Part shown: positions 62,599-64,000 of the stretch, one piece after another
Numbering within the stretch: the stretch's first letter is position 1
How the letters are laid out: each line of letters opens with the position of its first letter
DNA from: Minisyncoccota bacterium
Lineage (GTDB): Bacteria > Patescibacteriota > Minisyncoccia > Phycocordibacterales > UBA2100
Assembly: GCA_036517195.1 (NCBI GenBank)
Contig: DATDXU010000005.1
Location: 4,975 to 68,974 of the forward strand
Reading direction: 5' to 3'
DNA length: 64,000 bases
Program-made: the position numbers and the translations under genes
The notes under the pieces: generated by a model
What the model saw: only the letters and a program-made list of their open reading frames with translations
Database searches by the model: none
Told to the model about the DNA's origin: nothing

Positions 62599-63786
62599 TC
62601 ACTTTCGTCTTAAAAATGAAGGGAGTCCTCCCCACACCTCATCATCCTCTTTTACGTCTGGTTTTCCGTTCACCGCACGGGAGGGTTCTTTCGGAGCCTT
62701 GTTTTTTTCCTCAAGTTTTTCTTCATACTTTTTGCCATTTTCTCGAACGCGCGCGATGTGTTCCGTCTCTTGTTCCTTTCGCGCCGCTAGACGCTGTGAT
62801 GTGGCGAAGAGGGTAGAGCGCATGCTGGTTTCTGGGAATCCCGTCGCGATAACCGTAATGCGCATCTCTCCCTTTTTCAAAGAATCGTCCGTTACTGCAC
62901 CAAATATAACTTTTGCTTCCGGGTCGATTGCTTCTGTAATGATGTTTGCCGCATCTTGTACCTCGAGCATACCGAGGTCTTCGCCACCGGCAATTGAGAA
63001 GAGAACACCTTTGGCGCCGTGAATAGATACTTCGAGCAGGGGTGAGCTGATAGCGGCTTTCGCGGCGATTTCGGCGCGCTTGTCTCCTGTTGCGACCCCT
63101 ATGCCCATGAGTGCGCTTCCTGCGTTTTGCATGACCGCGCGCACGTCCGCGAAGTCAACATTGATGATTCCGGTTGTTGTGATGAGGTCCGAAATGCCCT
63201 CAACGGCTTGTTTCAGAATGTCATCGCACATTGCGAAAGCGTTTCTGATGCCCGTTTCTCTCGAAACAATGGTAAGCAACTTGTCGTTTGGAATAATAAT
63301 GAGCGCATCTACCGCTTTGCGCAATTCGGCGAGTCCTTGTTCTGCGAGGCGCAGACGCTGTTGACCCTCAAAGCTGAATGGTTTGGTGACAACGCCCACG
63401 GTGAGTGCTCCTAAGTCGCGTGCGATTTTTGCAACAACGGGGGCCGCCCCTGTTCCTGTGCCACCGCCCATGCCACAGGTAACGAATACCATGTCGCTCC
63501 CTCGGAGCGCGTCCTGTATTTCTTCTCGAGTTTCTTCTGCCGCCTGTTTTCCGAGCTCAGGATTCATTCCCGTACCGAGCCCGCGCGTCAATGTTTTTCC
63601 GATGTGAATTTTCTTTTTTGCTTTTGATTTATGCAAATCTTGCGCGTCCGTATTGACCGCCATAAAATCCACTCCCTGCAAACTTGACGCGACCATGTGA
63701 TTGATTGCGTTTCCGCCCGAGCCACCAACGCCGACAACTCGTATGCGCGCGAACGATTCAACATCAGGTCGTATCTGTTTTGTCAT
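62599..63786 (-). CDS. ftsZ: Cell division protein FtsZ (the start at MTKQIRP is inferred; the ORF track extends to 63939)
   Basis: The GGGTGTG tubulin signature, NTD and a C-terminal tail. Confidence 0.9.
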   Translation of the reverse strand: MTKQIRPDVESFARIRVVGVGGSGGNAINHMVASSLQGVDFMAVNTDAQDLHKSKAKKKIHIGKTLTRGLGTGMNPELGKQAAEETREEIQDALRGSDMVFVTCGMGGGTGTGAAPVVAKIARDLGALTVGVVTKPFSFEGQQRLRLAEQGLAELRKAVDALIIIPNDKLLTIVSRETGIRNAFAMCDDILKQAVEGISDLITTTGIINVDFADVRAVMQNAGSALMGIGVATGDKRAEIAAKAAISSPLLEVSIHGAKGVLFSIAGGEDLGMLEVQDAANIITEAIDPEAKVIFGAVTDDSLKKGEMRITVIATGFPETSMRSTLFATSQRLAARKEQETEHIARVRENGKKYEEKLEEKNKAPKEPSRAVNGKPDVKEDDEVWGGLPSFLRRK

Positions 63787-63914
63787 AAGAATTAAGAGAG
63801 ATATAGCGAGCGTATAGCACTTTTCTGTGTGTGGCAATCTTGACTCCTCTTTAACAAAGTTGTACTGTCTTCCTAGGTATATAGTTGAAACTTCACTAAC
63901 AACAGCCGAGGAGA

Positions 63915-64000
63915 TGGCAATGGAAATCGTATTTGGCACCTTTCAGCTTTCGCTTAGCGCGTGGTTACTTGTGCTTTTCGGTTTTTGCGTGTTCTCGTGG
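63915..64000 (+). CDS. Start of a hypothetical membrane protein (truncated by the window end)
   Basis: ATG followed by the hydrophobic MAMEIVFGTFQLSLSAWLLVLFGFCVFSW, running off the window. Confidence 0.2.

Noticed and set aside
1-64000. A possible CRISPR array, suggested by the many short palindromic repeats
   Set aside because: The repeats are dispersed singletons or pairs tens of kb apart, with no regularly spaced repeat-spacer structure and no cas genes.

Overview
This 64-kb window is a gene-dense bacterial chromosome segment of roughly 50% GC (by eye) with genes on both strands. The core gene set indicates chromosomal DNA: prfB (3' end), ftsE-ftsX-pyrG, glmS, metK, yvcK, nth, ddl, rnj, secG, groES-groEL, lemA-M23-htpX, murJ, lepA, valS, tsaD, trxB, ftsZ, an RNase P RNA and 8 tRNAs. 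I found no rRNA and no CRISPR array. Small proteins, a membrane-anchored solute-binding protein, homospermidine synthase and a lone E2 acyltransferase fit a reduced-genome bacterium, possibly Patescibacteria/CPR, though this is only an inference. The accessory or unusual content is: (1) a low-GC islet of about 2.3 kb next to tRNA-Gln, bounded by 37-39 bp direct repeats, encoding a predicted SRA(YDG)-HNH nuclease (type IV restriction-like) plus small uncharacterised proteins; (2) four tRNA genes accompanied by partial tRNA copies, which look like integration footprints; (3) a family of MITE-like elements of about 130 bp (three copies plus a solo terminal repeat); (4) an ArsR/SmtB-type regulator with three identical 12-2-12 palindromic sites; (5) several dispersed GC-rich palindromic repeat families near tRNAs and terminators; (6) a SAM-I riboswitch ahead of metK; (7) RNase P RNA followed by an array of hairpins. 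All coordinates and calls come from reading the sequence and ORF track, and no database searches were run.
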